DNA from: Tubulanus polymorphus
Lineage: Eukaryota > Animalia > Nemertea
DNA: 64,000 nt
NCBI RefSeq assembly: GCF_964204645.1
Contig: NC_134028.1
Span: 24,796,345-24,860,344 of the forward strand
Direction of reading: 5' to 3'
Part shown: in pieces, positions 40,256 to 54,900 of the stretch
How the letters are laid out: the number at the start of each line of letters is the position of its first letter
Position numbering within the stretch: the stretch's first letter is position 1
Position numbers and translations under genes: made by a program
Notes under the pieces: generated by a model
What the model saw: the letters and a program-made list of their open reading frames with translations, nothing else
Told to the model about the DNA's origin: nothing
Databases searched by the model: none

Positions 40256-42208
40256 TCAACTATCGTAGAAACCGGATCCTTGACGCGACTGTTTCTTGAG
40301 CGAATGAAGTTTTTTCTGTCGTAACATTTCCTGTCGGCGTTTCTCTTGTCTGCAATAAAAATCATTAGAAATCTGTCAGAACTATGAATACGATAAGTTG
40401 ACGATCCTCTAGGGCAGGGGCACGGGTCGACTGGGGCTCAAGGTGCCATGGTAAATGGATATTCCTTGAAACATCACATAAACGTAATTTCAGTAGATTA
40501 CGCTTAAGTCCAGAGTTTACCAGGGCAGTTTCTGCGATAAACTTCATGTATAGGGTTCAGAAAATAATTTCAACAAATACAAATATCTGAGTCGAATGAA
40601 TCTTGAGGGTTGAGCAATTATCCCAGAATTGATAAGTTATATCTGAGTTATCTCAAAGCGTCAAACAGTTATCTCTAAAGTTGGTCGGAACCAACTGAAG
40701 TCTGTAAGCTGTAAACTTCTTAAGAATGAAGGCAACAAATTCGAGATATTTGTAAAGAATATTTGATTAACCGACCATTACCTTTTCCGCTTGAGCGCCA
40801 GATCATCTTCACTCGTTTCAGCTGGTTTAATCGACGCTGTTCTGATCATATTACGCAGTTTATCTAAACAATCGGCTTGATTTAAAATCTGTTTTCGAGT
40901 TCGATCCGAACTCAATATCAAAAAGCCATCTTTATTGATACGATTTCTTTCCTGAAAAGAATTGAAACAACATGAAATTATGCTTTGTAGAGGGATGCCT
41001 TTGAAATGATTGTGGACACAGAGAGTAGTTAAATGGTGGTTACAGGCAGTAAATTTGACAGATATTTGAACCTACATCTGTGGAACTCTTACATAAATCA
41101 GTTCATGTTCAATTTTCAAAACTAGTTTCAAATATCAACACGAAATGGGGAAATTGCATTTTGTTTTTCAAGACTTTTTTAAATCACAGAAAAATCATTC
41201 AAATTATTGCAAATCGTGAACACGTAGGAATCGAGTGATTACTTTTTCGGCTAGTTTGACCTTGACATCCTCGTTCAACCAAACGGCTTCTTTCACGTGA
41301 AAACGTAGTTCTACTTTCGAGTTTGTCGTATTAACGTGTTGACCCCCAGGTCCACTTGACCTCGAATAGCGAAACTCTAATTTATCTGTAAATATAAGAA
41401 TGCGCATTGAAATAACAATTTTAGAAAGAAATATGAATTTACCAGGTCAGGAATGGATTGATGTCTTATTCTCTTAGTCAAAATATCAAAATCTGAATCA
41501 TCATTACCACAGTTTAGTTGTCAATTACATGTACAACACAGGACCAAGAAAGGCGACCTATTAATTTAACTGCAGTCTTACTCAATTTTCTTACCTAAAG
41601 GAATAAAGCCTGTAAATTCTGAACTAGTGGGCAGCTGAAACAAATAAAAAAAATACTTCAGTTAAAGGCCGAAAATGGTACCATGGCATATAGGAAATCC
41701 ATCAATAATTTCAGCAAAAGACGGATGCTTAAGAATACTCAAGAACTTTCCATCTTTTGCAGAAATTATTAGGCTGGGATTTCATTCATATTTCAGTTTA
41801 ATCCCTTCACTGGAGAATTCATGCAGAGTGAACATGGTGAAAAGAAAGTAAGGCCTACGTGATAAGTAGTCTAAATACCTTATAATCATATATATATATA
41901 TATACTATAGACATTGGATTAACAGATTATTATTTTTACAGTACCTACAACTCTGATACGAGCCCCTTTGATTTAGACTACGTAAAAAGAGGCTGAGGAG
42001 GTCGGGAGTCTGAGGTTGAGGCTTTTCTTACCTTTTTCGCTTCTTCAGAAGGCGTACCACTGCCGGTGTTTGATTGCGGGTAAAGCCGTTCTATGTTGTA
42101 TTGACTCTTGTAACCGACCACTGATAAACGACCAGGCTCTGCTACAGTAGGCAGCACTATTGACGCTGGACGCATCAGAGAAAACGATGAGAAAATCTGC
42201 CGCAACAT
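40256..42208 (-). CDS. MRPL58: Mitochondrial peptidyl-tRNA hydrolase ICT1 / mL62; five exons (~42208-42032, 41635-41595, 41386-41243, 40951-40782, 40349-40256)
   Basis: Mitochondrial presequence-like N-terminus; [12 protein letters not shown]; FTGFIPLDKL; [17 protein letters not shown] (GGQ motif); basic C-terminal tail. Confidence 0.93.
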
Positions 42209-42879
42209 TTTGGAAATGAATTGAATTGGCGAACCCGGAAGCGAACGAATGCTGTCTGTCTGCAGAGTTTCCAGAACCTGTCAATGTCAGGTCTTGGGAC
42301 CTGACATGACAGGTCCCGAAAATCCCAAACTCACAACAATATTTGACGAAACGGCGAAATATCTAGGCATGTGCTAGACGAATGGAAGAACATTTTGAGT
42401 TGAATGAATATTCTGATCCGTCGTAAATATCGAAAATGATTCAACAATAACGATAAGGAAAATGTTCTGACTAATAATTCATTTGAAAGGTTGATTTATA
42501 AGAAGAAAATATTTATGTGTAAAATGACTTATTTCTGTATTAAAGGAAAAAAATAAGTTTCAGGCATAGATGAATTAATTAATGTAGAAGTAAGGGAAAA
42601 TTTTCGATAGCTGAATCGAGGTCTTGATATTTCGTTTCCGCAATAAGACACTGAAAAATATCTGCTCACTATCCACAGTTCGCCGGCATCACTCCTCACT
42701 GTCCTGAAGTCTCACTATTTATCAGTATCAGTATCAGTGTATTTATATTCATTGTTTTTACGATGTACATGTATAAAGGAGCCGAATGCAATATAGAGAC
42801 TGATTTTATTGAGACTGATTTTAAATCAACTCATCAATTTAAAGCAAAATTTAAAGCAAGAAGTTTTTTTTCTATTTAT

Positions 42880-43205
42880 ATCAGTTTTAATGCAGACCTG
42901 TCACCACAGGTTGCGAGAAATTCTGCAAAATGGCGCGAGCTGCCGTGTGAGGTCTCGCTTCAAAATTATTGTTTTATAGTAACTTAAGATTTAATCTATC
43001 TATGGTAAGCAATTGATGTTATACTCATTACTATAATGAGACCAAAAAAATTTTTTTTTAAAGTTTTCCTTCATTTCATCAGTTTAATAATGCAGACCTA
43101 TCACCACAGGTCCAGAGAAGCTCTGCAAAATGGCGCGAGCTGCCGTGTGAGGTCTCGCTTCAAAATTATTGTTTTATAGTAACTTAAGATTAACTATATC
43201 CGTGG
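42880..43205 (+). repeat. ~200-bp-period direct duplication
   Basis: tgcagacct.tcaccacagg...ctgcaaaatggcgcgagctgccgtgtgaggtctcgcttcaaaattattgttttatagtaacttaagat at ~42891 and ~43091. Confidence 0.85.
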
Positions 43206-43689
43206 TTAGAAATTTATTTTTATGGCCTTATTAAAGTTCCACGATATTGTTCAGCTGGCTACTGGCGTGTATTCAACCGGGCAGTAGAACCTTTTCATTC
43301 AACTTCTATAAGCTCTCAATGTAAATCCATTCAACAATAGAGACACAATTGCGGCTTTTCAGAGTTGTTGATATCATTCATACGCGCCATTGAATACGTC
43401 ACCGGCTGACTACGTTGTACACAAGCATAGGCCATTCACCTCTGCACACTCACACTGTGAACATGCTACCGTGGATTCTCCTCCTGGCGATTTTCGCTGC
43501 GCTCCCGCTCCTGCTCCTGTTCCTGCTTCCTGAGGAACGACGTCTTTATGTTTTATGTGTTACTGTTCGTCTCCGTGCTGTCCTGTACTGTTCCGTGTTC
43601 ATTAATCCGTTCTATTTTTCAGCAATTAACCCGTTTTATTTTTCAGGGCCGATTTCTCTGTCGAATTTTAATGTTTGCTGGAACAAAAC

Positions 43690-44430
43690 TAATGTTCGAA
43701 AGCGTCAGCTCTCCTTCGCCGGTCACGTGTCGAGGATGTCAGACAAAGAGTCGGTCAGGAAATTCTGCCCTCTACACGCTCTCATATGGAACAAGAAAAA
43801 CAGGATGGCGAGGCCTCATTGCCCCCACCTATCTACAAAGTGTGCTGAGTGATGTCAATGACGGGCATATCTGTGGGATTGCGCGGGATACAAATGGAGT
43901 GGTTATACTGGATTGTCACGCTACTAGCATTCATTGTGTCCTTGTGACCGCCCGGATGAGGGATGATTCTACTGTCACGCTCTTTGTTTCTGGTATTCTG
44001 AGTCGACTGAGGGATGATTCTACTGTCACGCTCTTTGATTTCTAGTTTGAGTGCTAGTTTTCATTGTGTCCTTGTGACAACCCCGGTCAGTGGATGAAGT
44101 CTCTTGTCGGCTTGTGAGTGCTAGTTTCATTGTGTCCTTGTGACAACCTCGGTCAGTGGATGAAGTCTCTTGTCACGCTTTTGAGTGCTAGTTGAGATCC
44201 TGAATCTCAACCCGGTCAAGCTGGTTGTACTGCGCTATTTGTGTTTCGTGCAATCTTACAGGTTTGTCAGTTACTGACGTCGCCCAGTACACCTTGCGGT
44301 TAGATGGGGAATGTGAGGCGTTGTCATTCTGGTTTTCGCGTTCTGTGTGAGGGCGTGTAGAGGGCAGTATATTCCTGGCTGGCTCATTGTCTGGTGTTCT
44401 CGGCATGTGACCGGCGACGGAGAGCTGAAA
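43690..44430. mobile_element. Two degenerate non-LTR retrotransposon 3'-end fragments in opposite orientation, separated by short tandem repeats
   Basis: The + strand reads RQLSFAGHVSRMSDKESVRK and the - strand reads QLSVAGHMPRTPDNEPARNI. Both resemble the R(L/F)AGH..R motif at the C-terminus of RTE-like reverse transcriptases. Confidence 0.6.
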
Positions 44431-45596
44431 AGCTTTCGAACATTGTTTTGTTCCGTACCAGGTTTTCATCGCTCTTCTCTTTTTTTCATTTCAGGACTCC
44501 CAAGAAGTTGAAGAAGAAGATGGTAGAAAGCGACTACAGAAGATGCCGAAAAAAGAATAGTGAACTCCGCAATCTTGAAAGTTAAGTTGATTCACAAATA
44601 AATTAGGATTAATGATGTAGAAATGTGTGACTACAAAATGTTTTTCTTTTACTCAATTTCAGCTTCGACGAAACCCAAGAAGACAAAGAAGTACTTCGAT
44701 TCCGAAAAAAATGATGTAAAATCGACTGACGATCACGCAACTATATCTGTACTTTGATTTCGAAAAAAATATTAGACAAAATTATCTTCAACCTTGTAAA
44801 CTTTCGGACTACATGAAAAAAAAGACCAAAGAAATGTATAAATTAGACAAAATTATTAACCTTGTAAACTTTCGGACTACTAAAAAAGACCAAATATTGT
44901 AAAATTGTCGAAAAAAATGATGTAAAATCGACCGACGATCACACAACTATATCTGTACTTCGATTCCTGCCTGTTTCGCTCCTGGCAGGTGTGTCACGAT
45001 CGTAAGGGACACCAACTCAAAAAGTCAAACGAGAGCTCATCAGAACAGTGCACAGAAGGGGCCAATTTGGATGAAACTCAACCAACCAACTAAGGAGATC
45101 CTCCGGTAATGAACCCAGCCATCATAAAAGGTAATTTGATATTTGATAAACTGAACCCAGCAAACTTGAAATGTAAGTTGATTTTAGGCGAACTGTAGGT
45201 TTGCCTATGCAAATGGCCTGGAGAAGCAGTTTTCATTGAAAATGAATAGAGTACCGGTGTGTCAACAAGGCATAAACATTGGCTGTTGAACCAATAGTGT
45301 TGATTTTTGGTGTCATGGTTTGGCTTATAATGAATTCTCGAGCCCACAAAAATTTCATAGTGATCAAGTTATTTTTAGGGGACTTATTCTTGAAAAACAC
45401 GTAAAAACCCTGCTTTTTAGCACTAAGTAATGGCACGTTTTCATACATGTGAATTTGCATACTTGGAATTGAAATATATAAAAGTTCATTCGGATGGAAA
45501 CTCTTCTAGGAATCGTATGTTCGCTTATAATTTGTTCGGTGTTACGAATATAACCGAGTAGGCTATTCTAGGTATATTATTTATGGAAATTATTAT

Positions 45597-47020
45597 GATA
45601 AATTCTAAATGAAATATTTTGTCATTACAGGATATCTTCTTTTAATCATTGCAGCTAAATTTCAACTATAAGAAAAAACCCAGCTTGAGATCGACTACTC
45701 GTCCAAAATCAACCAACTGGAACAGTGCACAGATGAGGCCAACTAACAAACTAACTGATAGGATAATCGGCGATAACCAAGCAATCATATAAGGTAACTT
45801 GATATACGTGGAATTATTTCGATAAATTCTAAATGAAATATTTTGTGATTACAGGATATCTTCTTTTAATCATTGCAGCTAAATTTCAACTATGAGAAAA
45901 ACCCAGTTTGAGATCAACTACTCGTCCAAAATCGACCAACTGTAACAGCGCACAGATGAGGCCAACAAGAATCCAACTTATCAACAAACAAACTTAAGAT
46001 GATCCACGCCGATTACGAACCAAGCAATCATTAAAGGTAACTTGATATACATGAAATTATTTCGATAAATTCTAAATGAAAAATTTTGTCATTACGGGAT
46101 ATATCTTCTTTTAATCATTGCAGCTAAATTTCAACTATGAGAAAAACCCAGTTTGAGATCAACTACTCGTCCAAAATCGACCAACTGGAACAGCGCACAG
46201 ATGAGGCCAACAAGAATCCAACTTATCAACAAACAAACTTAAGATGATCCACGCCGATAACGAACCAAGCAATCATTGCAGGTAACTTGATATACATGAA
46301 ATTATTTCGATAAATTCTAAATGAAATATTTTTTCATTACAGGATATCTTCTTTTAATCATTGCAGCTAAATTTCAACTATGAGAAAAACCCAGTTTGAG
46401 ATCAACTACTCGTCCAAAATCGACCAACTGGAACAGCGAATAGATGAGGCCAACTGACTAACAAACTAAAAGGATAATTGCCGATAACCAAGCAATCATA
46501 AAAGGTAACTTGATATACATGGAATTATTTTGAAATTCTAAATGAAATATTTTGTCATTACAGGATATCTTCTTTTAATCATTGCAGCTGAATTTCAACT
46601 ATAAGAAAAAACCCAGCTCGAGATCAACTACTTGTCCAAATCGACCAACTGGAACAGTGCACAGATGAGGCCAACTAACTAACAAACTAATAAGATAATC
46701 GCCGATAACGACCCAAGCATAAAAGGTAACTTGATATACGTGGAATTATTTTGATAAATTCTAAATGAAATATTTTGTCATTACAGCATATCTTTGTTTG
46801 CTCATTTCAGCTAAATCCTATCTATATGAAACTGCCCAGCTTTAAATCAATGACTCATCAAATATCTACAGATAAGCTCAGCCCACTGAACAATCCAAGG
46901 TTGAATCAAATGCATCAACCAATTGCATCAACCAATCCAAAATCTACAAACTGGAACGGTGCACAGAAAAGACCAGAACTGAACCCAGCAATCTTTAAAG
47001 GTAAGTTGATATACATGAAA
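45597..47020 (+). repeat. Tandem array of ~220-245-bp units (5 close copies plus 1 diverged), each resembling an intron plus exon
   Basis: Each unit has tcttttaatcattgcag|ctaaatttcaact...aag|gtaacttgatatac. Acceptors at about 45654, 45878, 46123, 46366, 46587 and 46810. Confidence 0.88.
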
Positions 47021-50000
47021 TCACCTGTATATAGAAATTTCAGTCCTCATATGAATATCATTTAATAAGTGGCTATCATCAAAGTCTATTTACCAGTCAA
47101 CATTGCTGAACTTTTATCTTCACTAGTCTTAAACAGTGATGAACTAGTCCTACTACTGCAATTAATTATTGGGGTTTAAATCAGCAATTGACGTCAATGA
47201 ATTTTACTTTGTGAAAAACAGGGTGGCTTGTAATTTAAAATGACACGTAAATTAGGATAAATCTATCTGAAATGTTTTGCTTACTTCACTTTGTTTCAGC
47301 CATACTACATCTCGGAAAAATTGGCCTGTAGAAAACACTCACAAGTAGAAGAAAACTGATCGACCCATTTGCTAATGAAAACTGCAGAAGCCCAGATGAA
47401 AAGTTGAGGATCCAGCAACGGATTAATCACTCAATGATGGATTCTTCTACAATCGGTGGTTGATTTCTATAAAACCGCAGAGACAATAGTGAATCTCATA
47501 AGCACTGATTCAGGATAAACACTGTTTTAAAAGCAGCAAAGACAATAGTGTATCTTATTAGGAGCAGCATAGATAATAGTGCATGTTATAAACACTGAAA
47601 TCCAGGAGCGGCGAAGACAATAGCCGACTTCTGTAGTAAAGTATTGATTTTTTTGCTTATCACCTTTTTCAAACCAGTCTGATGGATAATATAGTGTTTT
47701 CGAGGAAACTATTTGATAATGTTTATGCAATGTGAGAGTCTAATAAAAGCTAAGCTCCATTAATGCACGATTTTGGTCTGCGATCCTTGGTCGATAGATA
47801 AGTCAAGTTAAGTTAGTCACTAGGGGTAAATGGTCGTGTTGAGTGCCTAGTTTTCACTCGTAGGTCTTGTTGAGTTAACTCCTAAACTGAGATATAGTTT
47901 CAACATGAATTGTGAGTTTAATCATCCAACTTACCATAGTTAAACATAGTCAACTGTGGCTATTTGTCCGTGTAGATATCACATAGTTAGGAATCATAGA
48001 ACATAACGTTAGACCAGGGTTGATGTACAAATATTAACTATTTGCTGAATTGTAGATGTACAAATTCGAAGGTAATCAATTTGAAAAATTTGAAACAAAT
48101 CATAGATTTCGATTTAAGCCTCCATCAATCTGTTTGATGATCATATCTACGTATTTGAAAACTAAAGCTTTATCTGAAAGGAGACCATTATTTACATTTG
48201 AGACTAATTTTTAACGTTTTAACATTGTTAATAGCTGTTTGAACTTCTTTTATTGTAATGGGTAAATCCATATCACGAGATGGCTCTCCTGAATAATCTC
48301 TTAGCTTCAAATCGGGTGTATAATGATTATTAAGGAGTGGCAGTGAATCAGTAGCGCTTTCTTAAAATGGGCCCAGAACTTTACAGTGAAAAAATGCCTG
48401 CAGTTGTAAATAGAGGAGTATAAATAATACATAACTACAAACTGCAAGTACATAGATTAATTCTAAAAAATAAAAAAAACCAATAGATAATAAATAGAAT
48501 AAACAACAATACAAACAAACAACAAATTAATATTCTATTTACATGAAAAGGCATTTTTTCAAATATTTATCAACAAGGTTCTTCATTTATCGAACAACCT
48601 TCCCTAAGTATAGCGAAAAGCCGAGATCTTTTCTGTTGTTATTCAAAGCATTCTATCAACTCAGTTATTGTAATAAACAAAACAAATAACCATTATAAAC
48701 CTTAACTAAATCGAAAACATTTAAAAAAATAACTGATATGATAGAATGCTTTGAATAACTGTGATGAAAGATCGACCCGTCCTTTCAACTAGCCGCGTTC
48801 AATCACTGCTGTGACTGTTTATTGTTATACATGGGTAGACTTACTATCTAAAATCTGGTACATACATTTTAATTTTTAGAAAGAATTTAAAACAGCTATA
48901 AACTTAAGTTATTGATGTTATTGATTAGTTACCGATTGTATAATTATGTTGAAGCTGCCAGGAAAAACGTCAGAATACTTAGTATGTAATGTCAAGGTGT
49001 TTGGAAATCTTTAAGACAAGGCAAAGTTGGCAAAATTCTAGTTTTCTAGTGAAAGTAATGATTAATTGATACTAAGAGTTCCAAAGTGAATCTGAGTTTC
49101 TCATCTCTTAGTTTTAATGCTTTTATGTTGGAGATTGTTATTGTAACACAGTTCGCGTGTTTGTAAATTAGGAACTTGCATGACGATTCCTCGGTTAAGA
49201 TATTATTGTTGTGTGAATAAAACGATGTACATTTTCATCATTCATGTTAAAACTTTTCAGTTGTTAAGTTTTATTGCAAAAATTTCACTTTGGTGCTTTT
49301 CAGTGGTTCATAAAATACTGATCTAATCAAGGCCCTGTCGAAAATAGCGAGAGCATAGAATCATTGTCCTAGCTTTGTTTTGATTATCAGTTTAACCACG
49401 TCTGTGTGGGGCCTGTAATATCTGGACAAGAAGAATTTCTGATCTTTATATAGAGTTGTATTTATATCTACTATCAAGTTGAATAAAACAATTAAGAAGT
49501 TTTAAAAGCTTTGAGACATAGAATTACACAAGCCCGGTGGATGAGTGATTATGATAACCTTCATGCCCTAATGAAAATATACTTGTCCCGGGCAATTGGA
49601 CTAGTGCTTAAATCAGACCCTGCTTTGTTTCAAATGTAAAATTTGTGAAAAAGTAGTTGATAATATAATGTTTGAGAGAAATCTCTTAAAGACGAGGAAA
49701 ATTTGGCAATGTTTTTAGTTTTCTAGTAATAATTAAGATTAATTAGTTAACCTTACGCTTTCCAGAGCGAGTGAATCTGTAGGTTTAATGTTTTTTCTTG
49801 ATAATTGATAAGATGTCCTCAATCTCGATGTCATTTGAAAAGTTGACGATGATAGATTCATATTTCATGAAATATAACAAAGTGTCGGTTATATTGACCT
49901 CATGAATTGTCAAATTCATAATCTTAGACTTTCTGACTAGTCCTTTTTTCGGTGTTTTATGGATCAAAGTTTACAACTCTTTGTGTATTTTTGTTATTTT

Positions 50001-51971
50001 CCCATTGATGCAAATTGTATGAATCAGCTGTAGTGGAAATGTATCATACATAAAGACTTATAAATAGGCCTACCTTACATGTAACTTTTGTGATTTTAAA
50101 GTTAGTACAACTTCATTATAGTAATAGAAATAAAATTGCTATTAGAATTTGAGAAAATAAGCTAAAAGTTAATAATTTGATATGTGAAAATAAAATGATG
50201 CAAAGCATGTAAATCAGATTGATTAATCCTACGCTTTCCAGAGTATTTGGCCAGGTTTATCTCTGGTTTTAGTGCGGGGGCCATGTACAATTGAGTCCAT
50301 GGTTGGGCCATAGACTTTTTTGTTTTAGAGTCTATGTTTGGACGAAGGGGCGTATAAACACTCATTTATAGTTTATAGCCTTGGTGGTTGGACTAGTTGT
50401 TTTTTGAAAGTCCACGTGTTTGAGGAGCTTACGTTATAATTCCTCGAGCAATCCTGGCATTTTGTATAATTGTTGTATGAGAATAAATATGATTTTGAAA
50501 TTTGTCATTCGTTGAGTTAAGAAACAAGTGATACTAAAACGAAGCACTACTAAATAAAAAGACTATATGCACCAGAGAAAACCGACCAATTTACGTTTCA
50601 CATGCATTTGTTTATATCTGGTATTGCTTACACTAATTAGCAGAGGTGGTTGAATACACAGATAGATGGCACACCCAGTGATGATTTCTAATGAGTGCAA
50701 TAGCCCATCGGACTTCGTTTTAGTCGTGCATAGTTCTTACACCTCTCAGTGCATAGGTCTTAGTTTTAGTAGTGCATAGTTTTAATAACACCACCATTTC
50801 ACTGCCCTTCTATTAAATTCACTGCTTTTCACGGCCGGTCCGTGAATCATTTATAAACCCTGGCAGTTGAATCAGATGCAGTTTCCTGGAAAACCTTTAA
50901 AGGCCCACAGGCAGTACAAAAGCCCAATCAATGTCAGACAAGGCAGTATCTTTGAACCCGTGGAGCAGTGAGGAGCTCCAACGATTGAAACTGGAATTCT
51001 CCTATTTTCTCTGTCAGTTATCCGGTTTGGATTCTCCTTTTTGTCAATGCATAATATATTCATTTCTGCAGTCAAAATTATGTTTCAGGCCCTCCTCTTT
51101 GAGTAATTAAGCAATTTCGCTGGTATTTTCTTCAAGATTTGAATCTTTGAATGACGTAAAGGGAGGAGTTATCCAGTGAATCAACGTAGCTTTCATGGCA
51201 CAGTACCGGTAGATTGATTAATGTGGCTGTCTGAGGCCTTCTTTGATGGTAAATAATGTGATATGATATAAAATAAGTGAAGCATTCTGATGAATTCAAT
51301 AGGGGAGAGGAGATGGAGAGGGGAGTCTGTAATTCAACGGGAAAAGTTTCAAAAGTTTGAAGAACCATCGCACCGTGCGCAAATACTCTTCGGGGTTAGC
51401 TAGGGCAAGATAACATTAATTCCACAGGAGCTTGTCACAATTTGACGGAGGATGGATGACATCAATATCCCTATACATAAAATGAAAAGGATACTGGTGT
51501 CATCCATCCTCAATTGTGACATACCGGCCCGAAGCGAGATATGCAGAATTGTTAATCGGGATTCGAACCTAAGTATGCGGAAGTTGTTACTGTCAATCAA
51601 ATTAAAGTTTATTGAATCTAGAAAAGAAAATTATTTAGCATACGATGTAACAAAATCGCAGAGTGAGAGTTGAGGCCCAACAGCTGAACGGTGTCTGGTC
51701 GCTCAAAGGTCGTTGGTTGATATTGGAAAGGTCAGTAATTTGTCCGCATTTTTTCTTTGTAAATATATTTCATTATCCTTAAAGTCATTATTGTCATCGA
51801 GGCTGTCACGGACCGGACCCTCACAAACGAACAACTAATAAAACAGAAAACAGAAGCTGTGCCCTGTGTGTGGTGGGGCCTGGTGGTGGTGGTGGCTATG
51901 CCAATCAATTCAACAGAACAGAAGAAAATTTGAGAAATCTATATTCATCGTTGTCATCATCATCGTTTCAG

Positions 51972-54900
51972 ATGACACTCATCAGAAGTTTGCAGTTTGT
52001 TGTTCGCACGCAGCCCGTTCTAGTTCGATACACTTGCCGCAGCAGCTATCACGGAGGAGGGGGCGCTTCGGTTAATAGCGGCGCCGGTGAGAATGTGGTT
52101 ATTGATCTGCGTAGTGATACGGTTACTCAACCGAACGCAGCTATGAGGCTCGCGATGCAAAACGCGACGGTCGGCGATGATGTTTTCGGGGAAGATCCAA
52201 CTGTCAACTGTAAGTTATATAACATCTTTTGAAAATGCATCCAGGTGTCATCTCACCTCCAGGTGTCGTTTTGATGTATCATCTGTAGGTACGTTATAAC
52301 GACAAGTAAAATCGATTAAAATCTTTAGATATTAAATGATTGAATGATATTTCAGCTCTGCAGGACAGATGTGCCAAATTATTCGGCAAGGAAGCTGCTT
52401 TATTTATTCCGACGGGAACTATGGGTAACCTCATCGCGCGTACGTATTCAAATTCTTTAAAATGCCTACAATTCAGTTATAAAACCTCCCATAACAAATA
52501 CCTTTCCACAGCAAACATTTCCCCCCTACCCCAAGATGGAAGGCGTTCGTAAAGATAGGTTTACTATATTTCTAGTGATGCATTCAATAGATTTTTCAAT
52601 GTGATTTTTCAGTGATGGTTTACTGTGATGGCCGTGGTTTAGAATGTTTACTCGGTGATAAGTCTCATATTTTCCTCTATGAACAAGGCGGCATGGCTCA
52701 GGTTAGTTTTCTACCTATTTACTTTGTAGATTCGATTAAAGCGAAGAGACAATTATTCGGAATTTGTTTCACAGGTGCTGCTATCTTTTAATAGAGATAG
52801 AAACTAATTACTAATAACATCGATACACCGCGATGCGATGTACAATCAAAGTCAATCACCAATGTTTTACACTGCACTGCGGTGTAGATGCATTGAAAAG
52901 GTCAATTTTTTGGGAAACTTCATCGTTACTGCAGCATTCATCTGACTTTAAACAACTTTGAGCAACTGGCCCCGAATGTTTGAAATTATATTTCATAGAT
53001 AGCAGGCGTGCATCCGCGTACGGTGTCCAATTTGAAAGATGGGACTTTCGATTTGACGGAATTGGAATATAAAATCCGGATATCCGATGATGTACATCAG
53101 CCGGTTACTCGTATGATCTGCGTGGAGAATACGCACAACGTCTGTGGTGGGCGTATAATGCCTATAGACTTCCTTAAACACGTAAGTGGACTTTATTCTG
53201 AGATTGGTTTCTATAATTCAGTGGGGAACCAGTAATACTATTGTGCGTAGCCCACATAAGCGGTAACGTCACAGAGTCGGCATTCCCTTCAGTTTACATT
53301 TCTATCCAAAAATGCCAGGAACTCATCTTTGGATTGAGTAACTGTTGACTTTAGAAAGTGCTGAATTTGGCATCAGTCTGACTGCTACAAAGCCTGAAAT
53401 ATTGTTAATGAAGTTGTTGTGTATTTTTTAATTGCTCTATACAGTTATTCGCTCATATTTCACGTAATATTTCAGTTGTATCAAATAGCGAAGAAGAACG
53501 AGATAAATATGCACATGGACGGAGCTCGACTGATGAATGCAGCCGTTGCTCTGGATATTCCTGTTTCGGATATAACCCGGTTTACTGATACCGTTACGAT
53601 GTGCTTTTCAAAAGTAAGCTATACATTTATTGAAGAGTCCAATAAATATCCAGTGAAATTTGACTCGGATTTTGGTTGCAGCGTAGAAATATACTGTACT
53701 GGTTAATTATTGTTTTAGGGACTTGGCGCCCCGATTGGATCAATATTGTCGGGATCTGCTGATTTCATTCAAGGGTAAGTCCAGCATGAACACCAACGCA
53801 CATTTCATGATAATTGAATACATAGTGAGCCAAAATCATTTTCTCTTCATGAAGTTTTTCGAGCTTTCATTGTTCCAGGTTTTAGCTTATCAACAAATTT
53901 CAACAAATTTCTAATTAAATTAGACTCCTAACTACTAACTCGAATTGATTTGGCTGCAGTGATTTCTGTTCGAGTTTTGACGATGAAATTCAATTCACAT
54001 TCTGTTGCAATAGTTCGGACATTTGTATTTCAGAGTCATAGAATTAATTTGACAATAATTTGAAAGCATTCGAGTTAAGAGGAGTCTACTGTATCAACTC
54101 CTCAACTTCATGATTGGCTTAAATCATGAAATATTTTGTAAATGTTTTTAGAGCGAACCGATTGAGGAAGTGTTTAGGAGGCGGTATGAGACAGGCGGGA
54201 GTTCTTGCGGCTGCTGCTCACGTCGCACTCGACGAGGCTCAATCTAAATTGAAAACCGATCATCATCACGCTCGCCAATTAGCCGAAGGTTCGTTGTTTT
54301 AGATTTTAAAGTTTCGAAAATCATGACTCGATTTGGCGGTTCTCGGTCAAGTTGAACTATGTATAGTTGAAATAAGTTCAGTTCTGGGTCCAGTTCCACA
54401 GTTCTAAGTTAAGATTTGACCCTGGGTTAAAACATTGAAAATGAACTAACTTTAACTCAGAGTTAACTCTAACTCACAACTGTGGAACTGGGTCCTGGGT
54501 AAACTGTGGAGTTAAATTTCCAGGGTCCCTAAGACTCCTTAAAAATCTCTTTCTAAACAGAAAATGCTTTTTAAGTTCTAAGTTAGAAATTTGGTAAAAG
54601 AAACTTTAAGTATTATTCGCTATAAATGTGGTAGACATTTTGTGGTATAAATGGTATAATCTTGTTGTGTATATTCAGCGTTGAATCACCACGGTAAAGG
54701 AATCGTCAGCGTTGATTTGAACGGAATCGAAACGAACATCGTGATGATCAATATGGAAACTGACGATATTTCAGCGGAAGATTTATGTGAAAGATTCGCT
54801 CAGGTTCGTTCGCATATCGATGATTGTCTTGTTTTGTTTTTGAGTAACTGTTTCGCATTTCAACTGGCATAGCTGTAATACACACACAATTCAGTACAAG

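Noticed and set aside
50870-51670. Possible decayed coding or transposon fragment upstream of the aldolase
   Set aside because: The frames are short and interrupted, and I recognise no motif.
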